Positions 8,442 to 19,667 of a DNA stretch of 64,000 nucleotides are shown piece after piece (position 1 is the stretch's first letter; every line of letters begins with the position of its first letter). Origin of the DNA: an uncultured Acidobacteriota bacterium (lineage in GTDB: Bacteria > Acidobacteriota > Vicinamibacteria > Fen-336); contig OY970399.1 of NCBI GenBank assembly GCA_963720545.1, forward strand, positions 192,001 to 256,000, in the 5' to 3' direction. The notes beneath the pieces were generated by a model that ran no database searches, had not been told where the DNA came from, and worked only from the letters and a program-made list of their open reading frames with translations. The translations under genes were made by a program, and so were the position numbers.

Positions 8442-10145
8442 ATGTTCAAGGCCTTGTTCGAGCGCAAACGGCGGCTGGCAGCCATCTGTCTCGGCCTTGT
8501 CGTGGGTTCGAGCCTTCTCGGCGGCTTCATCGGCAGCCGCGTGCTTGCCGGCGGCGACCAGGTGTCGCAGAACCTGCGGACCTACACGGCCATCGTCTCG
8601 GCCATCCAGGGCCAGTACTTCGAGGAAGTGAAGCCCGAACTTTTCGTGACCTCGTCGATCCGCGAGATGCTGCGCTCGCTCGACCCGCACTCGACGCTCT
8701 ACGAGGTGCGCGCCTACGCGCAGCTGCAGGAGCGCCAGAAGGGCACGTACTACGGCCTCGGCATCACGGTGCAGTCGGTGGACGGCAACATCACCGTGGT
8801 CGCGCCGTTCGAGGGCACGCCGGCGCACCGGCTCGGCATCCGTGCCGGCGACATCATCAGCCGCATCAGCGGCGAGGACGCGCGCGGCCTGACGATCGAC
8901 GAGGCGGTGAAGAAGCTGAAGGGACCGAAGGGCAGCTCCGTGGACATCACCGTGGTGCGCGAGGGCTACGACACGCCGCTCGAGTTCAGCGTCATCCGCG
9001 ACGAGGTCCGGCTGCACGCGGTGCCCTACTACTTCATGGCCGGTTCGAAGACGGGCTATATCCGCCTCACCGACTTCAACGAGCTCACCGCCTGCCGCCC
9101 GGGCGAGGGCAGCGGCTGTGAGCGCGAGCTGGAGACGGCGCTGCGCTCCCTGAAGGAAGACGGCGCCACCTCCATCGTCCTCGACATCCGCGACAACCCC
9201 GGCGGCCTGCTCGACCAGGCATTCGCGGTCTCGAACCTGTTCCTGAAGAAGGGCCAGATGGTGGTGTTCACCAAGGGGCGAACGAAGCGCGACGAGTCCA
9301 ACTACATTACCGAACAGGACAGCCCGTTCGCCGACCTGCCGCTGGTGGTCGTCACCTCGCGGCACACGGCGAGCGCTTCGGAAATCGTCGCCGGCGCCAT
9401 CCAGGACCACGACCGCGGCCTGATCGTCGGCGAGACCACCTTCGGCAAGGGCCTGGTGCAGACCGTCATGCCGCTGCGCAACGTGCGCGGCTACGGCCTC
9501 GCGCTCACCACCGCGCGCTACTACACGCCGTCCGGCCGCTCGATCCAGCGCGACTACGGCAACACCTCCTACGAAGACTATGTCTCGCCGCGCGACCGCA
9601 AGGCCTGCGACGTGGGCGACAGCGACGCCAAGCTCACCGACGCCGGCCGCAAGGTGCTGGGCGGCGACGGCATCACCCCCGACTATTGCGTCGAACCCGA
9701 GACGCTCTCGAAATTCGTCTCCAACCTGGTGTCGCGCGGCGTCTTCCGCGACGTCTCGAGCCACTACGTGGTGAAGGACGGCAACAGCACGCAGATCGCG
9801 GGCGCCGGCTCGCGCTCCAAGGTCGAGTCGGCCCGCATCACTGCCATCGCCAAGGAGTGGGAAGTGGACGACGCCGCCTTCCGCGACCTCGAAGAGGTGC
9901 TGAAGAAGCGGCAGATCGCGTTCGAGCCCGCGGACATCGAGCAGAACCGCGAAGCGCTGCGCCGCCAGATGCTCTACGAGGTGCTGCTGCAGACATACGG
10001 CGAGGGCCTGGCGCGCGAGCGCACGCTGGCGTTCGATCCGCAGGTGCAGAAAGCAGTCTCGCTGGTGTCGAAGGCGGCGCTGCTGCTGAAGGACCCCAAG
10101 CAATACATCGCCCAGGACACCACCTCGACGGTGGCGCTCCGCTAG
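8442..10145 (+). CDS. ctpA: S41 family carboxy-terminal processing protease
   Basis: N-terminal TM segment, LDPHS, PDZ domain, DIRDNPGG, TASASEI (catalytic Ser), TFGKG (catalytic Lys), YYTPSG. Confidence 0.9.
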   Translation: MFKALFERKRRLAAICLGLVVGSSLLGGFIGSRVLAGGDQVSQNLRTYTAIVSAIQGQYFEEVKPELFVTSSIREMLRSLDPHSTLYEVRAYAQLQERQKGTYYGLGITVQSVDGNITVVAPFEGTPAHRLGIRAGDIISRISGEDARGLTIDEAVKKLKGPKGSSVDITVVREGYDTPLEFSVIRDEVRLHAVPYYFMAGSKTGYIRLTDFNELTACRPGEGSGCERELETALRSLKEDGATSIVLDIRDNPGGLLDQAFAVSNLFLKKGQMVVFTKGRTKRDESNYITEQDSPFADLPLVVVTSRHTASASEIVAGAIQDHDRGLIVGETTFGKGLVQTVMPLRNVRGYGLALTTARYYTPSGRSIQRDYGNTSYEDYVSPRDRKACDVGDSDAKLTDAGRKVLGGDGITPDYCVEPETLSKFVSNLVSRGVFRDVSSHYVVKDGNSTQIAGAGSRSKVESARITAIAKEWEVDDAAFRDLEEVLKKRQIAFEPADIEQNREALRRQMLYEVLLQTYGEGLARERTLAFDPQVQKAVSLVSKAALLLKDPKQYIAQDTTSTVALR

Positions 10146-10657
10146 AAGGGGTTGTGGCCCTCGCCGTCGGGGTCGATGTAGACCTCGGCGGCTTCGCGGG
10201 TGGTGCCGGCCGACGTCAGGCTGGTGAGCACCTGGTGGCCGATGCGGATGTTGTTGCCGGTGAAGCCGCCGGTCGAGTGGCGCGCGAAGTGCGGGTCGTA
10301 GACACGCACCTCATAGGCAGGCAGGCCCGCGGGCGGGTAGTTCACGGGCACGCCCAGTGCCGTGCCGCGCCAGATGAAGCCGGTGGCATCGCGCTGCAAC
10401 GCGAACTCGGTGCCGGCGCGCGCCCAGCTGGCGAAGAAGACCACCGGGTCGTCGCACTTCGAAGCGTCGTTATTGCACCCGGCCTGCTGGCGGTACTCGA
10501 TCGAGACCTTCACCAGCTGGGTTGTGGGGACGCTCGGCGGATCCTCGGGACCGGTGAGGTGGAAGTCGTAGCAGGACGCGCCCGAGACGGCCGCGAGCAC
10601 CAGTGCGGACGAGATCACAATGCGGCGCCGGGAGCGCTGGAACGAGCCGGTCGACAT
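10142..10657 (-). CDS. Hypothetical lipoprotein
   Basis: Basic N-region, hydrophobic stretch, lipobox-like SGASC. Start uncertain (10657 or 10675). Confidence 0.55.
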   Translation of the reverse strand: MSTGSFQRSRRRIVISSALVLAAVSGASCYDFHLTGPEDPPSVPTTQLVKVSIEYRQQAGCNNDASKCDDPVVFFASWARAGTEFALQRDATGFIWRGTALGVPVNYPPAGLPAYEVRVYDPHFARHSTGGFTGNNIRIGHQVLTSLTSAGTTREAAEVYIDPDGEGHNPF

Positions 10658-10685
10658 CGTCGTTGATGCTACCATGGCCTTCCTC

Positions 10686-12053
10686 ATGGCCTCTCCAACG
10701 CGAATACTCATCATCGATGACGACGAGCACATCCGCAAGGCGTTGAGCCAGCACCTGAGCGGCGCCGGCTATCGTGTGGTCACTGGCGGCTCGGTGGGAG
10801 AGGGCCTCAAAGCCTTCAGCGAACAGCGGCCGTCCGGGGTCATCCTCGACCTGAAACTGCCCGACGGCACCGGCATCGACGTGCTGCGCGAGCTGCAGCG
10901 GCTCGATCCCGGCATCCCGGTGGTCGTGGTTTCCGGACATGGCAATGTCAATGACGCAGTCGAGGCCATGAAAGTCGGCGCCAGCGAGTTCATCGAGAAG
11001 CCCATCCAGAAGGAACGCCTCCTGGGGGTGCTCGAACGGGCGCTCAACCCGCCGGCTCCGGGCGAGCGCTCCGGCGACGACCTGCTGGAGGGCGCCCGCT
11101 ACGGCATGATTGGCCGCTCCGAGAGCATGCGGCGCGTCTACCAGCTGCTGGCGATGGCGGCCCCGACCAAGTGCCGGGTGTTCATCTCCGGCGAAAGCGG
11201 CACCGGCAAGGAGCTGATCGCAAAAGCGATCCACGCCCTGTCGCCGCGCCGCGACCACGCCTTCGTCGAGCTCAACTGCGCCGCGATGCCGGGCGAGCTC
11301 ATCGAGAGCGAGATGTTCGGCCACATGAAGGGCGCCTTCACCGGCGCGCACGCCGACCGCAAGGGCAAGTTCGAGTCGGCGCACGCTGGCACCCTGTTCC
11401 TCGACGAGATCGGGGACATGAGCCTGCTGACCCAGGCGAAGCTGCTGCGGGTGCTGCAGGAAGGGCAGGTGACGCCGGTCGGGAGCAGCGAAAACCGGCC
11501 CGTGGACGTGCGCATACTGGCTGCCACCAGCAAGAACCTGAACGAAGAGATCGGCCGCGGCACTTTCCGCGAAGACCTCTACCACCGCATCAACGTGGTG
11601 ACCATCGCCGTGCCGCCGCTGCGCGCGCGCCGCGAGGACATCCCGGACCTGGCCGAGCACTTCCTGCGCCTCGCGAGCGTCGAGAACGGCGTTCGTCCCA
11701 AGAAGCTCGCGCCGCGCGCGGTCGAGTACCTCGGCCAGCTGCCGTGGAAAGGCAACGTCCGCGAACTGCGCAACCTGATGGAACGGCTGGTGATCTTCGC
11801 GCCCGACGACGTCGTCTCGCACACCGACGTGATGGAGGCGCTCAACCTGCGTGAGGCCGTGCCCTCGCAGGACTCGGGGCCGGTGCCGCTGCGCGACGCG
11901 CGCGAGCGCTTCGAGCGCCAGTACATCCTCGATCGCCTCGCGGCCAACAAGGGCAACCTGATGATCACCGCCAAGGACCTCGGCATCGAGCGCACCAACC
12001 TGTACCGCAAGATGCGCCAGCTGCGCATTCCCTCGGGCAGCAGCAGGGACTGA
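10686..12053 (+). CDS. Sigma-54-dependent response regulator, NtrX/NtrC-like
   Basis: Receiver (ILIIDDD, DLKLP), [28 protein letters not shown], and an NtrX-like HTH tail ([10 protein letters not shown]...[10 protein letters not shown]). Confidence 0.92.
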   Translation: MASPTRILIIDDDEHIRKALSQHLSGAGYRVVTGGSVGEGLKAFSEQRPSGVILDLKLPDGTGIDVLRELQRLDPGIPVVVVSGHGNVNDAVEAMKVGASEFIEKPIQKERLLGVLERALNPPAPGERSGDDLLEGARYGMIGRSESMRRVYQLLAMAAPTKCRVFISGESGTGKELIAKAIHALSPRRDHAFVELNCAAMPGELIESEMFGHMKGAFTGAHADRKGKFESAHAGTLFLDEIGDMSLLTQAKLLRVLQEGQVTPVGSSENRPVDVRILAATSKNLNEEIGRGTFREDLYHRINVVTIAVPPLRARREDIPDLAEHFLRLASVENGVRPKKLAPRAVEYLGQLPWKGNVRELRNLMERLVIFAPDDVVSHTDVMEALNLREAVPSQDSGPVPLRDARERFERQYILDRLAANKGNLMITAKDLGIERTNLYRKMRQLRIPSGSSRD

Positions 12054-12095
12054 CCCGGCTACCGCCGCGCGCCGTCCTTCGGAGACAATCTCCGC

Positions 12096-12116
12096 TGCGG
12101 CGCAAGTTGCGCCGCA
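12096..12116. repeat. Perfect inverted repeat (10-bp arms) before gmd
   Basis: TGCGGCGCAA-G-TTGCGCCGCA, read directly from the sequence. Confidence 0.85.
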
Positions 12117-12132
12117 ATCCCGAGGGTCCTCC

Positions 12133-13092
12133 TTGAAGAAAGCGCTCATCACCGGCATCACCGGCCAGGACGGCAGCTACCTGGCCGAGAACCTGCTCGC
12201 CAAGGGCTATGAGGTGCACGGCCTGGTGCGCCGCAGCTCGTCGTTCAACACCTGGCGCATCGATCCCATCCGCGACCAGCTGCAGCTCCATTATGGCGAC
12301 CTGGTGGACGAGAACAGCCTGACGCGCATCATGGCGGCTGTCGGCCCTGACGAGATCTACAACCTCGCGGCCCAGAGCCACGTCAAGGTGTCGTTCGAGA
12401 TGCCCGAGTACACAGCCGACGCCACCGGTTTCGGCGTGCTGCGGGTGCTCGACAGCGTCCGCAACCTCGGCCTCAAGGCGCGCGTCTACCAGGCCGGCTC
12501 CTCGGAGATGTTCGGCCTCGTCCAGCAGAACCCGCAGACCGAAGCCACGCCTTTCCACCCGCGTTCGCCGTACGGGGTCGCCAAGGTGTTCGGCCACTGG
12601 ATCTGCGTCAACTACCGCGAGAGCTACGGGATGCACGTCTCGAACGGCATCCTCTTCAACCACGAGTCGCCGCGCCGCGGCGAGAACTTCGTCACCCGCA
12701 AGATCACGCTGGGGATCGCCGCCATCGTCCAGGGCCGAACGCAGGAGCTGCGCCTCGGCAACCTGGAGGCGAAACGCGACTGGGGCTTTGCCGGCGACTA
12801 CGTCGAGGCGATGTGGCGCATGCTGCAGCAGGACCAGCCGGGGGACTACGTGATCGCGACCGGCGCCACCCACTCGGTGCAGGAGTTCGTCGCGGCGGCC
12901 TTCGACTGCGCCGGCCTCGACTGGAAGAAGCATGTGGTGATCGATCCGCGCTTCTTCCGGCCCGCCGAAGTCGACCTGCTGCTGGGCGACGCCTCGCACG
13001 CCCGCAAGGTGCTCGGCTGGGAGCCCACGGTCACGTTCGCGGCGCTGGTGAAGCTGATGGTCGAGGCCGACCTCAAGGGCCAGCGCCGCTAG
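12133..13092 (+). CDS. gmd: GDP-mannose 4,6-dehydratase
   Basis: [50 protein letters not shown] start. Confidence 0.97.
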   Translation: MKKALITGITGQDGSYLAENLLAKGYEVHGLVRRSSSFNTWRIDPIRDQLQLHYGDLVDENSLTRIMAAVGPDEIYNLAAQSHVKVSFEMPEYTADATGFGVLRVLDSVRNLGLKARVYQAGSSEMFGLVQQNPQTEATPFHPRSPYGVAKVFGHWICVNYRESYGMHVSNGILFNHESPRRGENFVTRKITLGIAAIVQGRTQELRLGNLEAKRDWGFAGDYVEAMWRMLQQDQPGDYVIATGATHSVQEFVAAAFDCAGLDWKKHVVIDPRFFRPAEVDLLLGDASHARKVLGWEPTVTFAALVKLMVEADLKGQRR

Positions 13093-13109
13093 GGGCGCGG
13101 CGGCCGTCT

Positions 13110-14240
13110 TCAGGCGGCCGAAGCGGCGATCAGCTCGTCGAGCTCCTGCTTCAGCCGCGGCAGGATCTCGTCGTAGGTGAACGCGCCTACGGTGACCGAC
13201 TGCTTCTTCAGGTTCACGTGGGTGGGGCCGCACCACAGGCCGAGGTCGGCGTCGTCCGTCTCGCCAGGGCCGTTGACGCGGCAGCCCATCACCGCGATCG
13301 TCACGGCGTGCGCCTCGGCGTAGCGCGACATCTCCTTCACCGCCTCGGCGAGGTCCACGAATTTCTCGTTCTCGACTCGCGAACACGACGGGCAGGAGAT
13401 GATGTTGAGCTTGTGGTCGTCGAACACGGGCACCGAGCGGAAGCGGCCGGCGGCGATGTCGGCGACGATCTGCCGGCCCACAGCGATCTCCTCGTGCTTG
13501 CGCGGGTTGGGGAGCGTCAGGCTCACGCGCAGGGTCTCGCCGATGCCGCGGCTCAACAGTTGTTCGAAAGCGACCCGCGTCTTGATGATGCCCTCGGGCG
13601 GGATGCCGGCCTCGGTGACGCCGAGGTGCAGCGGCACGTCGGGCCGAGCCGCCGCGAAACGGCGGTTGGCCTCGATGACCTTGCGCGGATGCGAATCCTT
13701 GAGGCTCACGACGTAGCGGGTGAACTGCAGGGCGTCGAGCATGTCGCAGTGCTCGAGCGCCGAGGCCACCATCGCCGCGACGTCGTCGCCGGGGAAGCGC
13801 GCCTTGATCTGCGGATCGACGCTGCCGCAGTTGACCCCGACGCGCAGCGCGCAGTCGTGGTCGCGCGCGATGCTGGCCAGGAACGCCACCTTCTCGGCCA
13901 CGGGCTTCTGCTTTTCGTGGTGGTAGAGGTGGCCGGGGTTGTAGCGAATCTTGTCCACGTGCGGCGCCACCTGCGCGGCGAGCCGGTAGTTCTCCTGCAG
14001 GTCCACGACCAGGTTGGCGCTCGTCTGGGCGCGGATCCGCGCCAGCGCAGCCACGTCTTTCGGGTTGTCCACGGCGACTCGGACCACGTCGCCGCCGGCC
14101 AGGCGGATTTCCTCGGCCTGGGTCACGGTGGCGTCGATGTCCTGGGTGCGCGTGGCGCACATGCTCTGGACCGCAACGGGGTTCGAGCCGCCGACGGCGA
14201 TCGTCCCGATCCGCACTTCGCGGGTGGTTTGCCGGTGCAT
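13110..14240 (-). CDS. ispG: 4-hydroxy-3-methylbut-2-en-1-yl diphosphate synthase
   Basis: [40 protein letters not shown] ([4Fe-4S] cysteines). Confidence 0.95.
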   Translation of the reverse strand: MHRQTTREVRIGTIAVGGSNPVAVQSMCATRTQDIDATVTQAEEIRLAGGDVVRVAVDNPKDVAALARIRAQTSANLVVDLQENYRLAAQVAPHVDKIRYNPGHLYHHEKQKPVAEKVAFLASIARDHDCALRVGVNCGSVDPQIKARFPGDDVAAMVASALEHCDMLDALQFTRYVVSLKDSHPRKVIEANRRFAAARPDVPLHLGVTEAGIPPEGIIKTRVAFEQLLSRGIGETLRVSLTLPNPRKHEEIAVGRQIVADIAAGRFRSVPVFDDHKLNIISCPSCSRVENEKFVDLAEAVKEMSRYAEAHAVTIAVMGCRVNGPGETDDADLGLWCGPTHVNLKKQSVTVGAFTYDEILPRLKQELDELIAASAA

Positions 14241-14253
14241 CCTGGCCCCGATT

Positions 14254-15942
14254 TTACTCCGCCAGGCGGTTCAGGGCCTTTTCGCCCGCGCGCATCGAAT
14301 ACACGAGCACCGAGAGGTCGAGAACCACGACCGCGGCCAGGCAGGAAAAGATCAGCACGCGGTCGCCTGCCGCCAGGGCGATACCGCGGTGCAGGTGCCA
14401 CAGGTAGACGGTCGACGGCCATGCCAGGAGGCCGATCTGCACGATCGTCAGCAGCACCGCCTGCACCATGAAGACGACGGCACCGTAGGAAGTCGCGACC
14501 TGCGCGGTGCTCTCGGCGTTGAAGCGCGGGTAGCGAGCGCCGAGCCCGAGGGCCAGCGCGACGAGCGCCAGCGTCAGGAAGAAGAGGGAAAACACGGCAA
14601 GGAGCTGCAGGAACGCTGCGACGCCGAGGAAGCGGTTGGACACGATCGTCAGCGTCTCGATGAGCACCAGGATCGGCACGACGGCAACCCAGAACTTGGT
14701 CCAGAGCACGGCGTGCATCGGCAGCGGCGACTTGCGCACCGTCCAGAAGGCGGCGCCTTCGGCCGACAGCGACGGAAACACGAAGCGCGCGGCGACCGCC
14801 GCCAGCACCAGCGAGGCGAGCGCCATGTTGAGGAAGGCGTAGGCGTTCTTCAGCACGCCCGCCATCCACGGCACGCGTGCCAGGTCGAGCGCCTTGAAGT
14901 TGAAGACGTAAACGACGACGAGCGCCAGGATCAGCAGCAGCTGCGACCACTGTGCGGTGTCGCGGAAGAAGACCTTCGCGTCCTTGGTGGCGACTGCGTG
15001 GCCGGCGACGCTGAGCGGCAGGCGCGCCATTACCGCTTCGATGAGCCCGAGCTTCTGGAAATGCGCCTTGCGCGCCTCCTGCGCCTTGCTCCAGCCGGCG
15101 AAATAGCAGCGGCCGTAGGCGATGCGCGCCGCGACCGACAGGCCGAGGGCCGACGTCCACAGCGCGCCGAGGTGGAAGAAGTCGAAGCGTCCCTGGAAGC
15201 CGGCGAACACCGCTTCGCTGGCCCAATAGGACGGTAGCAGCGGCGTGACCGGCGTCTGCAGGCCGCTGAAAAACGCCGTGATGTCGGGCAGCGCCTCGAC
15301 GGTGAGGAGCTGTTCGGGCCGCAGCATCCGCAGCAACACCACCACCACGATGACGAACACGAAGCCGGTGAGCACCAGCAGGTCGCGCACGCGCCGCGCC
15401 GGAAACACGTTGACGAGCAGCAAGGCGATGAGGGCGCCGGCCGCCGACGGGATGAGGACGAAGGACGGCACGGCGAGCAGCACCGACGCGTAATACCGCC
15501 AGCTGCCGCAGGCCGCGGCGCCGATCCCGAGGAGCGACGGGATCACGAATGCAACGACCATCCAGGATGCCTGCGTCGCTGCCTTGCACAAGCGCGCGTA
15601 GAAGAAACGCGCCGGCTGCAGAGGTGCCGCCAGCAGGTAGCGCAGGTCTTCGGCGAGGAAGAAGGACGCGAGGCTCGTGACGATGGCGCTGAACACGATG
15701 AAGGACAGGAACGTGAGGAACAGCCACGACAGCCCCATACGCACGAGGTGCGAGCCCAGCTCCTCGTAGCCAAGCGCCTGCCAGGTGAGCCAGAAGAACG
15801 CCGCGAACAAGACTCCGGTGACGAGAAGCGCCAGTGCCGCGAACACGAGACTGCGGGCGGCATCGCCGGGCTGGCGGCGCCGGGCGCGGTTGCGGGCCGA
15901 CCAGAAAGAGGGGAGCAGCAGGTACGGAAAAGCCGCCGCCAT
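14254..15942 (-). CDS. Putative ABC exporter permease (ABC-2/ABC_export-like, many TM segments)
   Basis: Hydrophobic ORF with KD.K.FFRD..QWSQ and RFVFP..S.EG..FW motifs; TAATG overlap with the ATPase gene. Confidence 0.8.
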   Translation of the reverse strand: MAAAFPYLLLPSFWSARNRARRRQPGDAARSLVFAALALLVTGVLFAAFFWLTWQALGYEELGSHLVRMGLSWLFLTFLSFIVFSAIVTSLASFFLAEDLRYLLAAPLQPARFFYARLCKAATQASWMVVAFVIPSLLGIGAAACGSWRYYASVLLAVPSFVLIPSAAGALIALLLVNVFPARRVRDLLVLTGFVFVIVVVVLLRMLRPEQLLTVEALPDITAFFSGLQTPVTPLLPSYWASEAVFAGFQGRFDFFHLGALWTSALGLSVAARIAYGRCYFAGWSKAQEARKAHFQKLGLIEAVMARLPLSVAGHAVATKDAKVFFRDTAQWSQLLLILALVVVYVFNFKALDLARVPWMAGVLKNAYAFLNMALASLVLAAVAARFVFPSLSAEGAAFWTVRKSPLPMHAVLWTKFWVAVVPILVLIETLTIVSNRFLGVAAFLQLLAVFSLFFLTLALVALALGLGARYPRFNAESTAQVATSYGAVVFMVQAVLLTIVQIGLLAWPSTVYLWHLHRGIALAAGDRVLIFSCLAAVVVLDLSVLVYSMRAGEKALNRLAE

Positions 15943-16715
15943 TAGTCGGCTATCTCCTGGAAGCCAGCTCCACCGGTCAGGCGCAGGAAGATCGAGGTCA
16001 GCTTCTCGGTTTCGCCGCTGCCGTTGCCGCCAGCCCCGGCAGCGGCGCGAATTTCGGCCACCGTGCCGCGGGCGATGATCCGGCCGCCCTGGATGATGGC
16101 AATTCGGTCGCACATCTCCTCGGCAACCTCGAGCGTGTGGGTGCTCATCAGGATCGCGACGCCGTCGGCCGCCATCTGGCGCAGCACGTCCTTGATGAGG
16201 CGCGCGCCGCGCGGGTCGAGCCCGACCATCGGCTCGTCGATCAGCACCGCGCGCGGCCGGTGGAGGAACGCGGCGCACATCACGAGCCGCTGCTTCATGC
16301 CGTGAGAGAAGCTCTCGATCAGCTCGTCGCGCCACCGGGTCAACTCGAACAGCGCCGTCAGCTCGCGCGAGCGTGCCTCGAGCGCATCGCCCGCGAGGCC
16401 GTGCAGCCCGGCGTGGAAGGTCAGGAACTCGGCGGCGGTCAGCTTCTCGTAGACGTAGGGCCGGTCGGGGATGAAGCCGAGCGCCGCCTTCGCGAGTTCG
16501 GGTGCGCGCGCCATGTCGTGGCCGGCGACGCTCACCGTGCCGGCCGTCGGCTGCAGCAGGCCGGCGATGATGCGGATGAGCGTCGTCTTGCCGGCGCCGT
16601 TCGGCCCGAGGAAACCGTGGATCTCGCCGCCCTGCACGTCCAGGCTGACGCCGTCGACAGCCGTGAACGCGCCGTAGCGCTTGCTGACGGCGTCCACCTG
16701 AATCGTGCCGGCCAC
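15942..16715 (-). CDS. ABC exporter ATP-binding protein
   Basis: [30 protein letters not shown]. Confidence 0.92.
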   Translation of the reverse strand: MAGTIQVDAVSKRYGAFTAVDGVSLDVQGGEIHGFLGPNGAGKTTLIRIIAGLLQPTAGTVSVAGHDMARAPELAKAALGFIPDRPYVYEKLTAAEFLTFHAGLHGLAGDALEARSRELTALFELTRWRDELIESFSHGMKQRLVMCAAFLHRPRAVLIDEPMVGLDPRGARLIKDVLRQMAADGVAILMSTHTLEVAEEMCDRIAIIQGGRIIARGTVAEIRAAAGAGGNGSGETEKLTSIFLRLTGGAGFQEIAD

Positions 16716-18377
16716 CTATTGCGCCCAGCAGGCCGCGCGGTCGCGGCCCGGGAGAGCGAAGTCTAGGAGCGCCGGCGCGGCCGCCTCCTGCAAGTCCCTG
16801 CCGACGAGGATGGGCTGGGCACCGGGCTGCAACTGCACATCGAGAATGCCGATGCGCAGCTTGCCGAGCGCCGGCAGCAGCGCCGCCTGCTGCTCGAGGC
16901 CGCCGCGCACCAGGCGCAGGTGTGTGGCGTCGGCGGGATACTGGTCGAGGGTCGGGTCCACCGGGACGAAACGCCCGCGGCCCGCAGCGCCGCCGTCACG
17001 GACGAAGACCTCGGGCCACGCGTGATAGTAGAAGGCGCCGTGGACGTAGACGACGCCGATCGCCACGCGCGCCGCGAGGTCGCTGGCGCGTGCCAGCGCC
17101 ACGAACAGGGCGGTGTGCTCGTTGCAGTCGCCGACCCGGGTGCGCATCACCTCGAGCGCCGAGGGAATGCCGACCGTCGGCCGCTTCTGCAGGAACGAGG
17201 CGACGAACCGCACCAGCCGCTGGGTCTTGTCGGCATCGGTGGTTGCGTTGCCGATCGCCTTTGCGGCTGCCGCGACGATCTCGGGCGCGTCGCTTTCGAT
17301 GAGGGGTTCGGGCCCACGATCCGCGGCCGTGGGCGAGGCTTCGGTTTCGCCCGAAGGGGCAGCGCGCAGCGTGCCATCGGGAGCCGTGGCCCGGCGAATG
17401 ACCACTTCGCCGTCGCGCACGGCCTGGCCCGCGCCGCGTAGCGCCGGCGAGTCGAGGTCGAAGCCCGATACGCGCAGGCGCAGCGCGTCGATGGTGCGCG
17501 CGTCGTCGATGCGCCGCGCCGGCTGCGGCACCACGGCCGCCGTTTCCAGCAGTTCACCGTTGCCGCGGCCCGGCAGGCCGGGCGCCAGCGCGCGCTCGCG
17601 CGTTTCCTTCACCACGAGCAGTCCGGTCGGGCTCTCCTCGCGCACCGTCTCGCCGAGTTCGGTGACCCAGGAGGTGGATTCGATGCCGGAAAAGCGGCTC
17701 GCCAGGCGAAACACGGGAATCGGGCGCCCCGCGGCGGTCACCACGTCGCGCGTCTCGACCGTGACGTCCATCTTCTGGTTGCGCAAGGTCGCCGGATCGA
17801 AGACCTCGAACGCGTAGGTCTTGCCGACGACCAGCGTCGCGGCAGCGAGCTGGCGCGCGAGGTTCAGCGACAGTGCAGGAGGCGCCGCCAGCTCCTTCGT
17901 GAGCGTGCGGCTGCCCGCCGCCGACGTGAGCGATAGCGACAAGGTGTGGCCCGAGACGGTGCCGGCAACCTCCATCGGTCCGGTGCCGGGATCGAGCGAG
18001 AAGCGGAAGCTCTTCAGGTTGAAGCGCGCGTCGACGAGCGCGCGCGTCCGCAGCCGGGCGCCGGCCTGCGTGCCGAGCAGGTTCATCGTCAGCTGGCCGT
18101 CCTCCTGCAGCTCGAGGCCGCCGTCCTTCGGCACCGACTGCGTCACCATGAAGCCGATCTTGTCGCCCTTGAAGTAGACCGACTTCCATTGCGCGCCACC
18201 GCCATACGCGGCGAGTTCACTCGACAGGGAGGCGCTGCTGTCGTGGAAGAAGGTGCGGGCCACCAGCACGCCCATCTGCACCACCCATGCGCAGAGGATT
18301 GCCGCGGTGGCGAAGCGCGCGGCCGGCCGCGGCACCGAGAGCGCCGCGGCGATCCGCCCGGCGAGCGAGGGGGACAT
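16716..18377 (-). CDS. Membrane-anchored transglutaminase-like (Cys-His-Asp) protein
   Basis: N-terminal TM segment; catalytic GDCNEH, YHAWPEV and VPVDPT motifs. Confidence 0.85.
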   Translation of the reverse strand: MSPSLAGRIAAALSVPRPAARFATAAILCAWVVQMGVLVARTFFHDSSASLSSELAAYGGGAQWKSVYFKGDKIGFMVTQSVPKDGGLELQEDGQLTMNLLGTQAGARLRTRALVDARFNLKSFRFSLDPGTGPMEVAGTVSGHTLSLSLTSAAGSRTLTKELAAPPALSLNLARQLAAATLVVGKTYAFEVFDPATLRNQKMDVTVETRDVVTAAGRPIPVFRLASRFSGIESTSWVTELGETVREESPTGLLVVKETRERALAPGLPGRGNGELLETAAVVPQPARRIDDARTIDALRLRVSGFDLDSPALRGAGQAVRDGEVVIRRATAPDGTLRAAPSGETEASPTAADRGPEPLIESDAPEIVAAAAKAIGNATTDADKTQRLVRFVASFLQKRPTVGIPSALEVMRTRVGDCNEHTALFVALARASDLAARVAIGVVYVHGAFYYHAWPEVFVRDGGAAGRGRFVPVDPTLDQYPADATHLRLVRGGLEQQAALLPALGKLRIGILDVQLQPGAQPILVGRDLQEAAAPALLDFALPGRDRAACWAQ

Positions 18378-18422
18378 GTGGTCCCCGGGATTATAGGGGC
18401 CAACCGTTAGACTGCCCGGAAC

Positions 18423-19667
18423 GTGACCGGGACGCTCACACTCTCGCCGCTGTGGTCCTTGCCCTTCCTCCTGATGCTTGGCGCCATCGCGGTGCTGCCG
18501 TTGCTGGCGCCGCGCTTCTGGGAAAAGAACACGCGCAAGGCGCTGGTCGCGGCGGTGCTGGCGCTGCCGGTGCTGCTCCTCTATTGGCGCCTTGACGCCG
18601 GGGCGCTGCTGCACTCGGCCCGCGATTACGTCTCGTTCATCGTCCTGCTGGGCGGGCTCTACGTCGTGGCCGGCTCGCTGCGCCTGCGCGGCGACCTGCG
18701 CGCGACGCCCTTCGTCAACAGCGCGTTCCTGGCGGCGGGCGCCGTGCTGGCCTCGTTCGTCGGCACCACCGGTGCCGCGATGCTGCTGATCCGTCCGCTG
18801 CTCGAAACGAACGCGGAACGCCGGCGCGTCGCGCATACCGTGGTGTTCTTCATCCTGCTGGTCGCGAACGCGGGCGGCTGCCTGACGCCGCTCGGCGATC
18901 CACCGCTCTTCCTCGGCTATCTCGCCGGCGTGCCGTTCGCGTGGACGTTCCGCCTGTGGCCCGCGTGGCTCCTGGCGTGCGCGTTCCTGCTCGCTGTGCA
19001 TCACGGCTGGGACCGGCGGGCCTACAGTCGCGAGGCTCCGGAAGACCGCGCCCGCGACAACCGCGCGCGCCGTCCGCTGCGCCTCGAGGGCGGTCTCTCG
19101 TTGTTGTGGCTGGCCGGAATCGTGCTGTCGGTCGCCTTCCTTCATGCACCGTGGCGCGAAGCCATGATCGCGGCGCTTGCGGCTGCGGCCTGGATTGCCA
19201 CCCCCGCGGAGCGGCGCGCGGCCAATCGCTTCACGTTCCAGCCGCTCGTCGAAGTCTCAGCACTTTTCGCCGGCATCTTCATCACCATGCTGCCGGCGCT
19301 CGACTGGCTGCGCGCATCGGCTCCGTCTCTGGGCCTCACGACGCCGCGCGGCTTCTTCTGGGGCACCGGGATCGTGTCGTCGGTCCTCGACAACGCGCCC
19401 ACCTACCTCGCGTTCCTGGCCGCGGGCCAGGGGCTGCACCTGCCGAACGAGGTGGCGGGCGTGAGTCACTCGGTGCTCGCGGGGATCAGCCTCGGCGCCG
19501 TCTTCATGGGAGCCAACACCTACATCGGCAACGGGCCCAACCTGATGGTGAAGGCGATCGCCGAGGAGCGAGGCATCGCGATGCCCGGCTTCTTCGCGTA
19601 CGTGGCGATCGCCGTGCCGGTGATGCTGCCGGTCTATCTGGCCACGGCTTTCTGGCTCCTGCCATGA
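18423..19667 (+). CDS. Putative Na+/H+ antiporter / ion transporter (IT superfamily)
   Basis: GTTGAAMLLIRP, LTPLGDPPLFLG, LDNAPTY, GANTYIGNGPN; multi-TM. Confidence 0.8.
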   Translation: MTGTLTLSPLWSLPFLLMLGAIAVLPLLAPRFWEKNTRKALVAAVLALPVLLLYWRLDAGALLHSARDYVSFIVLLGGLYVVAGSLRLRGDLRATPFVNSAFLAAGAVLASFVGTTGAAMLLIRPLLETNAERRRVAHTVVFFILLVANAGGCLTPLGDPPLFLGYLAGVPFAWTFRLWPAWLLACAFLLAVHHGWDRRAYSREAPEDRARDNRARRPLRLEGGLSLLWLAGIVLSVAFLHAPWREAMIAALAAAAWIATPAERRAANRFTFQPLVEVSALFAGIFITMLPALDWLRASAPSLGLTTPRGFFWGTGIVSSVLDNAPTYLAFLAAGQGLHLPNEVAGVSHSVLAGISLGAVFMGANTYIGNGPNLMVKAIAEERGIAMPGFFAYVAIAVPVMLPVYLATAFWLLP

